Assembly (NCBI RefSeq): GCF_004010195.1 | Contig: NC_057751.1 | Span: 10,189,173-10,222,934, forward strand | Direction: 5' to 3' | Length of the DNA stretch: 33,762 bases | Source: Chiloscyllium plagiosum | Taxonomy: Eukaryota | Shown here: positions 1-10,300 of the stretch, one piece after another | Layout: each line of letters starts with the position of its first letter | How positions within the stretch are numbered: position 1 is the stretch's first letter | Program-made: the position numbers and the translations under genes | The notes under the pieces: model-generated | Told to the model about the DNA's origin: nothing | The model's database searches: none | The model's input: the letters and a program-made list of their open reading frames with translations, nothing else

Positions 1-645
1 AGGCGGCGTTTGGTATGCTTTCCTTTATTGGTCAGAGTATTGAGTACAGGAGTTGGGAGGTCATGTTGTGGCTGTACAGAACATTGGTGAGGCCACTGTT
101 GGAATATTGCGTGCAATTCTGGTCTCCTTCCTATCAGAAAGATGTTGTGAAACTTGGAAGGGTTCAGAAAAGATTTACAAGTCTGTTGCCAGTGTTGGAG
201 GATTTGAGTTATCGGGAGAGGCTGAACAGGCTGGGGCTATTTTCCCTGGATCGTCATAGGCTGAGGGGTGACCTTATAGAGGTTTACAAAATTATGAGGG
301 GCATGGATAGGGTAGATATGCGAAGACTTTTCCCTGGGGTGGGGGAGTCCAGAACTAGAGGGCATAGGTTTAGGGTGAGAGGGGAAAGATATAAAAGAGA
401 TCGAAGGGGCAACATTTTCACGCAGAGGGTGGTACGTGTATGGAATGAGCTGCCAGAGGATGTAGTGGAGGCTGGTAGAATTGCAACATTTAAGAGGCAT
501 TTGGATCGGTATGTGAATCGAAAGGGTTTGGAGGGATATGGTCCGGGTGCTGGCAAGCGGGACGAGATTGGGTTGGAATATCTGGTCGGCATGGACGGGT
601 TGGACCGAAGGGTCTGTTTCTGTGCTGTACTCTATGACTCTATAA
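1..645 (+). mobile_element. CR1-type LINE, 3' end of ORF2 plus tail (relatively young copy, cut by the window edge)
   Basis: LYRTLVRPLLEYCVQFWSP, RLRGDLIEVYKIM, FTQRVVRVWNELP in an unbroken frame; ends in a CTCTATGACTCTAT tail. Confidence 0.93.
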
Positions 646-1000
646 CTTGCACTCTAAAGAATTAACTCTCGAGTTGTTGCTGGCTAATTAAACCACAGTG
701 GGTTGATGTATGTTTGGACTTGGATTTACTTGATTTGCTTTCGGAAACCCTTATGAGCCATTTATTTACTGAGAGGGCAAGTTCCAATCCAGGGCTTATC
801 GGAACTCTGGGACCTTCTCCTAACTATGGAATTCAGCTGGTTAAATTTCAGTTATGCTTTTATGGTCTTCAGAGGTTCTCCACCTTGGTTTGTGGCAAGC
901 TCCCTTGGTTTAGCAAAGTAGAGAATGCATGCTAATGGGAGAGAATGTGAGTTCTGTATCCAACAAGAAATAAGCATCTGGATTTCTCTGTTGTTTGGCT

Positions 1001-1078
1001 TAGAGTCATAAGGTTTACAGACAGTGCAGAAACGGACTCTTTGGTCCATCTTGTCCATGTCAACCAGGTGTCCCAAAT
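1001..1078 (-). mobile_element. Short CR1 3'-tail fragment
   Basis: tagagtcata...cagaaacggactctttggtcc...tccatg is the reverse complement of the tail at about 575-645. Confidence 0.7.
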
Positions 1079-1266
1079 TGTTGAATGATGCAGCATTGTT
1101 TGTGTGTTGGACACCTAGGTGCAATGAATCTCTTCTGTTCTTTTGATAAATATATTTTAACTTTGTGAAGTACAATCAGATTATGAGTGGCACAGATAGC
1201 CAGATGGAAATGTGAATGAATTCAGGACAACGTATTTAAATGCAAGGTGTGTTTGACACTTGTTAG

Positions 1267-1366
1267 GATGACCAGTTGGATGCTGCTGAAAATATTTAAC
1301 TGGGTTTTCGTGAATCTGCAAGTGCATCGAGGGCAAATTGAGATGCTGCGGAAAGCAAGTAAAGAG
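1267..1366 (+). CDS. GPAT2: GPAT2 exon A (100 bp): (R)MTSWMLLKIFNWVFVNLQVHRGQIEMLRKASKE
   Basis: tgttag|G...GAG|gtgagg; matches the GPAT segment RLTGWVLLKLFN..IQIHKGQLEM; phase 2 to 0. Confidence 0.9.
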
Positions 1367-4300
1367 GTGAGGCACTGATCTTTTAACCTGTTGGGAGAAC
1401 TGTTGCAGGAGAGACAGATTCCATCTGAGGATTTAAGTTTCTTCTGAAAGGATTGAAAACTGTAGCCCATCATGGGATACTAAAGGTATCGCAGTCAGGG
1501 TTTTGTTTTGATTCAGAATAACTGACCAATGCTTCAGTTACCTGACATTCTGCTTTTGCGTTGCATTGCAGCATTATCTTTTTTCAGGCAGCTGACTGGA
1601 ATTCCCCTGGGAACCAACATGCTCAGATTCATTCTGTTACAAAAATAGAAATTGCTGGAAAAGCTTAGGCTTGGCAGCATCTGAGAAGAGAAATCAAAGT
1701 TTGTTGGGATCACGTGACCCTTTCTCAGGAGTTCTGAGGAAGGACCTGAAATATAAACTGATTTATTTCCACGATGCTGCCAGTCCTGCTGAGCTTTTCC
1801 AGCAGTTTTGTTTTTTCTGCATCCACAGTTCTTTTGATTTTCATTTGGTTAGTTCCTTTAAGCAAGTTAGATTGAAATGTGTGTGCTGTAACCAACCATA
1901 TTCTCTTAAAGAATTTAAAGAATATCATTTATATAGTCTTGTCACTGTTTTCACAGCACAGGATGAGAATGTAATGACCAGTTGTCTTGAATTGTATCTG
2001 CATTAAATGTGGATAGATATTTTTCCTTTTTTTTGACAGTATGATGGTCCATTTGTCTTTGTGCCTCTTCATAAGTCTCGCCTCGACTACCTACTGGTTA
2101 CCTTTGTCCTTTTCTGCCACAGTATTAGAGTCCCATACTTTACTTGTGGGGAAGATGTCCAACTTCCATTTCTCAGGTAATGACTGAAACCACGGTCAAG
2201 TATTTTCACACCTTTGAGTGTGAAGAATGTGCGGTTTTCTTGTGTTTTTTTACCATTTGGTTCAGATGTGTTCAGCAGTCCCACTGTCAGCAGAAGGTTT
2301 ATTTGCTTGTATACATGTGATTGTCTTGGGCAGAAAACGACAAGATCAGTTTTCTTCAGGTTGGGCATATATTTGTTATTTCTGTGCAGTGTTTAGATTG
2401 AACCTCCAGAATTGCTATTGTTAGAAAGCATCATGACTTTTTCACAAACTAAAATGCAGCACAGCCTCTGTGCTTGGATGTCTGTTTGCTATGCTATTGA
2501 TATTCATCTTGTTTTTCACCTGCTCAGGCCTCTGCTTCGGAAATTGGGAGGCATTTTTACTTCACATGATCATGGAGACCACTTGTTCCAGGTTGTTTTA
2601 AATTCGGTATGTGAGAAACATTTTCTTCTTTGAAATACTTCATGAAATCTAAATTTGCAACACTTGATCTGAGAACCAATTTGAACTCAGCGAAGATGGG
2701 TTTGTGTTCTTGATGTGAGTTACTTTGTCATTTTTAATTCGAGCAGATACAACAACAGTCTTGAAAGCTGGGCAGAATCATTTTGGGGAACTGACCAGGC
2801 CCCCTCCAAAATGTAATATAATTCCACTTCACCAATTATTGTGAAACGTATTAAATATTATGCTGCATGTAAAATGTAGTGACTCCGAGGCCTTGAGGAG
2901 AGAGTGTTTAACCAATATTGTTGTTCAATATGCTGCCTACAAATGTTAAAAATGTTGTACTTAGTTCCTCTGCTTGTTTGTCGTTACAGTTGGGGTATCA
3001 AGCAAGACAGACAATGTCTGTCAGGGCGCAGTTAGCTAAAGGAAGAAATCAGTTTGGACTGAAACTACTGAAACCAGACTGAAAATAATTTTTTTTCCCA
3101 ACAAGCAAACATGGTTCACGTAATGATCCAGCTCACATGAGGAACAAGCCCATTCTTTATATTTTGCAAAATCAGACGATATCTTGCATTTCCTAACTAA
3201 GAAAAATGGAATAAGATACACCCATGAGCTTGTTACCAAAAATAGCTGGGAATCCACAGTTGATCTGAAGCTGAAATAGTATTGTTTCAGCAAAGACGTA
3301 TCATCCTTTAACTCAGTAAAAACTCAAAGAACTGCAGATGCTGCAAATCAGAAACAAAAACAGAAGTTGCTGGAAAAACTCAGCATCTGGTAGAAATCAC
3401 AGTTAACATTTGGGTCCGGTGACCCTTCCTCAAGACCCAAAATGTTAACTCTGATTTCTCTACACAGGTGCTGCCAGACCTGCTGAGCTTTTCCAGCAAC
3501 TTCTGTTTTCAATGCTTTAACTGTTAGTGCATTGACACACATTTTGATCACTTCATTTTTTTTGTTCAGCTGGAAGTGTGAAGGAACATTCATTTACTTA
3601 AAAGATCTCAAGGACTGGGAATTGGTATTCTGGAGCCAGTCGTTAAGCTGGGTACAACATGGACAATTTATCTAATTGCCTCCTGTTCCTCCTCCGAATG
3701 ACCCTTTGCTGTCAAGTTTTTCAGAGAGACTTCAACCTGGCTTTTTTCGAAGTGTTGGAAAAATAGCCTTCTGTTTCTCTTGCTCTCTGTAGCTTTCCTC
3801 CCCACCTTTTTATTTTCTCCTTTCCTGAAAAGTAGTGACGTTACATTCCTCCTAATAGTCATAAGAGCATCCAAACACTGTGTTTTGACTTCTTCTAATT
3901 ACATACCTGCCATCCAGTTTGTGTTCTCGAAGTTCGCACACATGCATATAGATAAATTCAAGCACTAAGCCTCACCATGTAGTTGTCAGATGTTGTTCAG
4001 CCCATGCAGGATTAGGGTATCAGGCTTCTGCTAAATTGTTTGGCTGCGGTTCTGAAGTAGTTTGATTTTCTTCACTGTTTTTCATTTTACAGTACATCGA
4101 GGAACTGTTGAATGAGCAGCAGAGCCTGGCAGTTTACCTGAAAAGTCCTGTTTCATGTCCTGTGCTTTCAAGTCTCTCAGGATTAGTGTGGTTGTCTCAG
4201 GTGTTTGATGTTTTTCAGAACTGTTTAATACCAGATGCAGTTCTCATACCTGTTGGTGTAGCTTATGATCGCATCGTAGAGGAAAACTACTTGGAACAAA

Positions 4301-7300
4301 TGGTAAGATTGTTTGTGTGCAACCTTGGAGATGACATGAAAATTACTCAGCATGGTGATTGGACTTTATCAGACCTGCACATGATTATTATTTCTGGTTT
4401 GTGAAAGAAGCTTCATCCTATCTGAACATGAATTGTATATGTTTTCTTGTTTCATCTAATCCTATAGTATGAGAATGACAAGTGTAAAGATTGACTTTGG
4501 CGCTTAATCTTGGTTTTGCAAGATTCAAAAACCTACAGTCTTGAGTGAACTTTGAATTGAGTCACATCTGTCCAGAAAGCAGGCAGCCACTTTGCATACA
4601 GTGGCAGAGAGGAACACTGGTTAGGAAGGCAAGACAATTTTCTGTTCTTCACATTGTGATTTGAGTTATTTTCTTTCATGTGAGCAGGCAAAGCCAATAT
4701 TGATTTCATACTTCTTCGATCCATGGTATTGTACCTTACTGTCCACCTCTATCACGTGTGTGAGACATTGTGTTTATGTTCTGCAAACAACAGTTATCCA
4801 CCAGGTAGTAGGTAGGAATGGTTCAGGCCTTGTTTCCAGGAAGAAGCAGAAAACACATGACAATCGTAATTGAGAGGGTGGGTATTTGGAGAGTGGTGGT
4901 GGACATGCAAAGGGATTGCATGTCCTTGGTGGTGAGGAGACGATTTTGAACAGGAAATGTTGACATAGATATGAAATGTGAGAAGAATTGCACAAGTAAG
5001 TGGGGAGGGGTTTGACAAGGGGAGAAAAAAATCAAGTCAAAGTCAGAAAAAATAAGTTCACTGAGGCTGGCACAAGTAGAAACATTTGATCTATCTGGGA
5101 AGCCATGTTTGTGGACTTTGGGAAAAGATACAGGATTGGGTCAATGAGCTGAGAAGCTATTAGGAGAAGGTCATCAGATGAGGCGAAGTTGGTGACATTT
5201 GTGGACACAATAACCTGATGCTTCATTGTATGGTCACTATCCAGGGAAAATTGGAGAAAGTGTCCATGAGGTGGTGCTCAGCCTCAACAATGTAGAGGAC
5301 AGTGTGCCAGACAACAGTAGCACCACTGTTTTGGCAGGCTTGATGACAAAGGTAGAATTGGATCGAGTGCACAGAGTGCCATCAGTTCAAAGAGCATTAG
5401 ATTAGGACAGTGAGGAGGACAAAGAAATTCATGCAACCTATGTCACATCAGCAGTTCCAAATGAACACATTGAGTGAACCTAAAAGGCCAATAGAAGGGG
5501 TCCAGATCAAGGGTGAGTGTTGGAGGTAGGTGAAGTTGCCTGTGGGACAGGGAGAGCACACCTGTCCAAAAGAAATGAGCATGGAAGTTGAAGTGACGGA
5601 AAAACAATTCACCGTAATCGAGCCCAAAATTCATGGACTTGGGGGTTCAGGGGGATAAAACTAAGACTTTTGCTGTGTACGGAACGTGCAACATCGCAGT
5701 GTAAGATCGAAAGGGATAATAAAGAAATTCTGAGAAAGTTTGAGGAAAGCTGCATTTGGTGTCATTGATGCACGAGAACATAGAACATTTTCATTGAGGA
5801 GCAGGAATAGATCATTCAACCCTTGTTCTTCTGTTTCCACTCTTCTCTAATATCATGGCTGATCTGATTTTGGTTTCAACTCCACATTTCTGTCCATGTG
5901 TGTTAAACTTTGATTGTTGCTGGACCTGAGGTTCCTTAATCTTTTGATAATTTTGATTAATTGGTTGCTAAACACTGCTGTTCGTTCGTGTGCAAGAATC
6001 AGTTAACTGGTGTTACTGAACCTGGGTATTTCTTGAAATTAAAATCAAAGTTAAAACCTTCAAAAACCTCAATTGATCCAATGGTTCTAAACTGGACTTT
6101 TCGAATATCCAATCCTAGACACTTGAATTATCAATTCGAGATGTCAATTTGTAACTTAAATAATTTGCAATTTAGTGACAAGACAGTAACTTCAGTGAAA
6201 AATCATTTAAAAAAAAGTAATGTTATGTCTTATTCAAACTCCATACTGTTTGTTTTCCGCCACATTTCCACAAAAGACAGTCAGACAGACAAGTGCATTT
6301 TAGGGATAAATGAAAGAAAATGACAAAATTGGCCAGGTCACATAGGTGGTTTTCATGATACAAGGTTTCCACAGGAATAGATTATTGTTTCAAGGTTGAT
6401 TTTCCAAAGATATTGATCAGGGCTATCTTTGCAGTTCACTGACAAGAAGTCTGTAATACTTCAAACTCGGTTTCTCTACTCTGAACATTCAATAGCTGAT
6501 TACAGGGGGTTAGCCAGGGAGCTTGCAAATCTTCATGCGGTGCCATTAACAGCCAAACTAATCTGTTGGACTATAACCTGGTGTCCAATATGATTTTTCA
6601 CTTTACTCACAGAAAACATAGCCCAAAAAGCTAGTTTAACATTCTGGCCTCTCCCCGTCAAACTGACTGTCTCCCCACAAGGTCTGAGTTCCAGTTAACA
6701 TTGGCTATTTGCTTGAACTTTCGAGGCATGGTGGAACTGACTCTGAGGTTCGTCCTCCTTATTGACTAAAAGTGCTGTGTTTCGATATAATGGTCTTCAC
6801 CAGTAAAAAATCATCTATAGAATCTTTTGTTCAGGGATCAACTTGCAATTGATTCTAGGCCTGACCTCTCAAATAAACAAAAGCTTGTTTGTCTATTTTT
6901 TTGCAATACAAGCTGTTGGATGCAGACCAAATGTTACTTTCAGTTCACAATTTCCAATTCACAACTCTAAACCAAAACTGATGACGCAATAAAATTTTAA
7001 AAATGAAAAATCTGTGGGTGTTCCAACAAAGCGAACATTGACTCACCCTTTGAAAGGCTGCAACAACTTTAGAAAAGATCACCCAAAGTACTGTCTTGAA
7101 CAAAGAGCCCACGAACAGGCCCTTCGGCCCTCCAAGCCTGTGCCGATCCAAATCCACGATCTAAACCTATCGCCCAATTCCTAAGCATCTGTATCTCTCT
7201 GCTCCCCACCTACTCATGCATCTGTCCAGATGCACCTTAAATGAATCTACTGTGCCTGCCTCTACTACCTCTGCTGGCAACGTGTTCCAGACACCTACCA

Positions 7301-10300
7301 CCCTCTGTGTAAAGTACTTTCCGTATGTATCCTCAAACATTTCTCCTCTCACCTTGAACGCGTGACCTCTTATTATTGAATCCCTCACCCTGGCAAAAAA
7401 AGCTTATCTCTGTCCACCCTGTCTGTACCCTTAATGACTTTGTAGACCACAATCATGTCCCCCCTCAATATCTTTTTCGAATGAAAACAATCCTAACCTA
7501 TTCGACCTCTCTTCATAGCTAGCACCTTCCATACCAGGCAACATCCTCATAAACCTTCTCTGCACCCTCTCCAAGGTGTCCACCCACGTCTTTTGGATAA
7601 TGTGGTGACCAGAACTGTACACAGTATTCTAAATGTGGCTGAACCAAAGTCTTGTACAGTTTTAACATGCCCTGCCAGCTCTTATACTTAATACCCTGTC
7701 CGATGAAGGCACGCATACCATACACCTTCTTGACCACACTATCCACTTGTGCAGCCATCTTCAGGGTACAATGGACGTGAACTCCGAGATATCTCTGCTC
7801 ATCAACTTTTCCCAAGGCTCTTCCATTTATAGTATCGTTCGCTCTAGAATTAGACCTTTCCAAAATGCATCCCCTCACATTTGCCCAGATTGAACTCCAT
7901 CTGCCACTTCTCCGTCCAAATCTCCAGTCTATCTAGATTCTCCTGTTTTCTTTGACAATCCCCTATGCTTTCTGCTACTCCACCAATCTTCGTGTCATCT
8001 GCAGACTTAGTGATCATACCACCAATATCCTCTTCCAGATCATTTATGTACATCACAAACAACAGTGGCCCTAGCACTGATCCTTGTGGAACACCACTGG
8101 TCACCTTTCTTCATTTCGAGAAAGTGGGGAACAAGAGAAAGGGTTGGTCCACTAAAGGATAAGGAAGGAAGGTTGTGTGTCGAAACGGATAGGATCTGTT
8201 GATATATCTTCAACTACTACTGTCTCCTGTTGCTCAACCAGTTCTTTATCCACCTTGCACGAACACCCTGCACATAATGTGACTTAACTTTCTTCATGAG
8301 TTTCCCATGGGGAACCTTATCAAATGCCTTACTTGTCCATGTATATGGCATCTACAGCCCTTCCTTCATCCATCAACTTGGTCACTTCCTCAAAGAACTC
8401 TATTGAGTTGTTAAGGCACGATGTCTCCTGCACAAAACCATGTTGCCTATCACCGATAAGCTCATTATGTTCCAAATATCAATAGATCCTATGCCTCAGT
8501 ACCTTCTCCAGCAACCTTCCCACCACTGATGTCAGGCTCACTGGTCTGTAGTTACGCGGAATATCCCGACTACCCTTCTTGAACAGGTGACAACATGAGC
8601 AACTCTCCCGTCGTCCGACACATTACTTGTGTTTAAGGATGCTCCAAAGATATCTGTCAGGGCCCCAGCTATTTCCCCTCTCGCCTCTCTCAGCAACCTG
8701 GAATAGATCACATTCGGTCCTGAGGATTTGTCCACCCTATTATCTTTTCGCCTACCCAACACATCCTCCCTTCTTTATGTCAGTGATCCAGAGTAAACAA
8801 ACCTCTATCTCTAATCGCAACATTTATTCTGCCCCTCTCCTCAGTGAACACTGATGCAAAGTAATCATTGAGAATCTCCCCCATTTTGTCAGGTTCGGCA
8901 CACAATCTTCCTTCCTTATCCTTTAGTGGACCAACCCTTTCTCTAGTTACCCTCTTGCTTCTTAAATATGAAGAAAATGCCTTAGGACTCTCCTTAATTC
9001 CGCTTGCTCAAGTTATTTCATGAGCCCTTTTAGCCCGCTTGATTCCTCGTTTAAGGTTGTTTCTACTTTCCAAATATTCTTCCAAAGCCTGTTCTGTTCT
9101 TAGCTGCCTGGACCTGAGGTATGCTTGCCTTTTCCTCTTGGCTAATCACATAATTTCTGCTGTCATCCAGCATGATTGAATCTTGCCTCTCCTATCCCTT
9201 GTTTTCAAAGGGACATGCCTATCCTGCATTATCTTCAACCTATCTTTGAAAGCCTCCACATATCAAATGTGGACTTACCTTCAAATACCTGCCCCCAATC
9301 CACATTTCCCAGTTCCTGCCAAATTTTGATATAATTGGCCTTGTCCCGGTTTAATACTCTTCCCTGAGGACCACTCTCATCTTTGTCTACAAGTATTCTA
9401 AAACTTAAAGAATAGTGGTCACTGTTCCCAAAGAAATCCCCCGCTGCAACTTCTACCACCTGGCTTGGCTCATTTCCCCAACACCAGGTCCAGTATGGCC
9501 CCTTCGTAGTTGGACTATTGACTTATGCTCTATAAAACTTTCAGGATGCTCCTTCCAAATTCTGCCCCATCCAGACCTCTGACATGAAGTGTGTCCCGGT
9601 TAATGTTGAGAAAGTTAAAATCTCCCAACACCACCATCCTGTTGCCTCTACATCTTTGCATAATCTGTTAACCTATTTGTTCTTCTACGTCAAGGTCACT
9701 GTTGGGATGCCTGTAATACAGCCCCAACAATGTATCTCCACCCATAATGCCTCACTACCCAAGCCCTCCATTGTGTCCTCCTTTAGCACAGCCATGATGC
9801 CATCCCTGACCAGTAATGCAACTCCTCCCCCACCTTTTACTTCCCTTTCTGTCCTGTCTGAAGCACCTGTAGGTCAGGCAGCATCCAAGGTGCAGGAGAA
9901 TCAGCGTTTCGGGCATAAGCCCTTGAGGCATTCCTGAAGAAGGGCTTATGCCCGAAACGTCAATTCTCCTGCTCCTTGGATGCTGCCTAACCTGCTGCGC
10001 TTTTCCAGCAACACATTTTTCAGCTCTGACCTCCAGCGTCTGCAGTCTTCACTTTCTCCTGAAGCATCTATATCCTGGAACACTTGGTTGCCAATCATGT
10101 CCTTCCTTCAACCAAGTCTTTGTGATCGCAATAATGTCATCACCCCCAGGCACCAATCCAAGCTCTGTTTGTCTGCCTTACCGCCTATACTCCTTGCACT
10201 AAAGCATACGCACTTCAGACCATCAGTTCCCTTGCATTCCTCTGCTCTCTGTCTTCGCTTCCCCTTAGTAATGCTAACTTCATGATCCTGTTTCTTAGAG

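Noticed and set aside
15..665. 216-aa ORF as a host gene
   Set aside because: It is the C-terminus of CR1 ORF2 reading on into the LINE tail; homologous copies occur elsewhere in the window.
1640..3510. Palindromic elements as MITEs or pre-miRNAs
   Set aside because: Arms are asymmetric, flanking duplications are variable, and the sequence is related to hammerhead-bearing PLE-like termini. There is no evidence for miRNA processing.
3668..4000. Minus-strand purine-rich ORF-like stretch
   Set aside because: No recognisable domain or splice context; possibly an unidentified decayed repeat.
6553..6605. Possible fragment of another PLE-type terminus (ctgttggactataacctggtgt)
   Set aside because: Too short and has no second copy in the window to support it.
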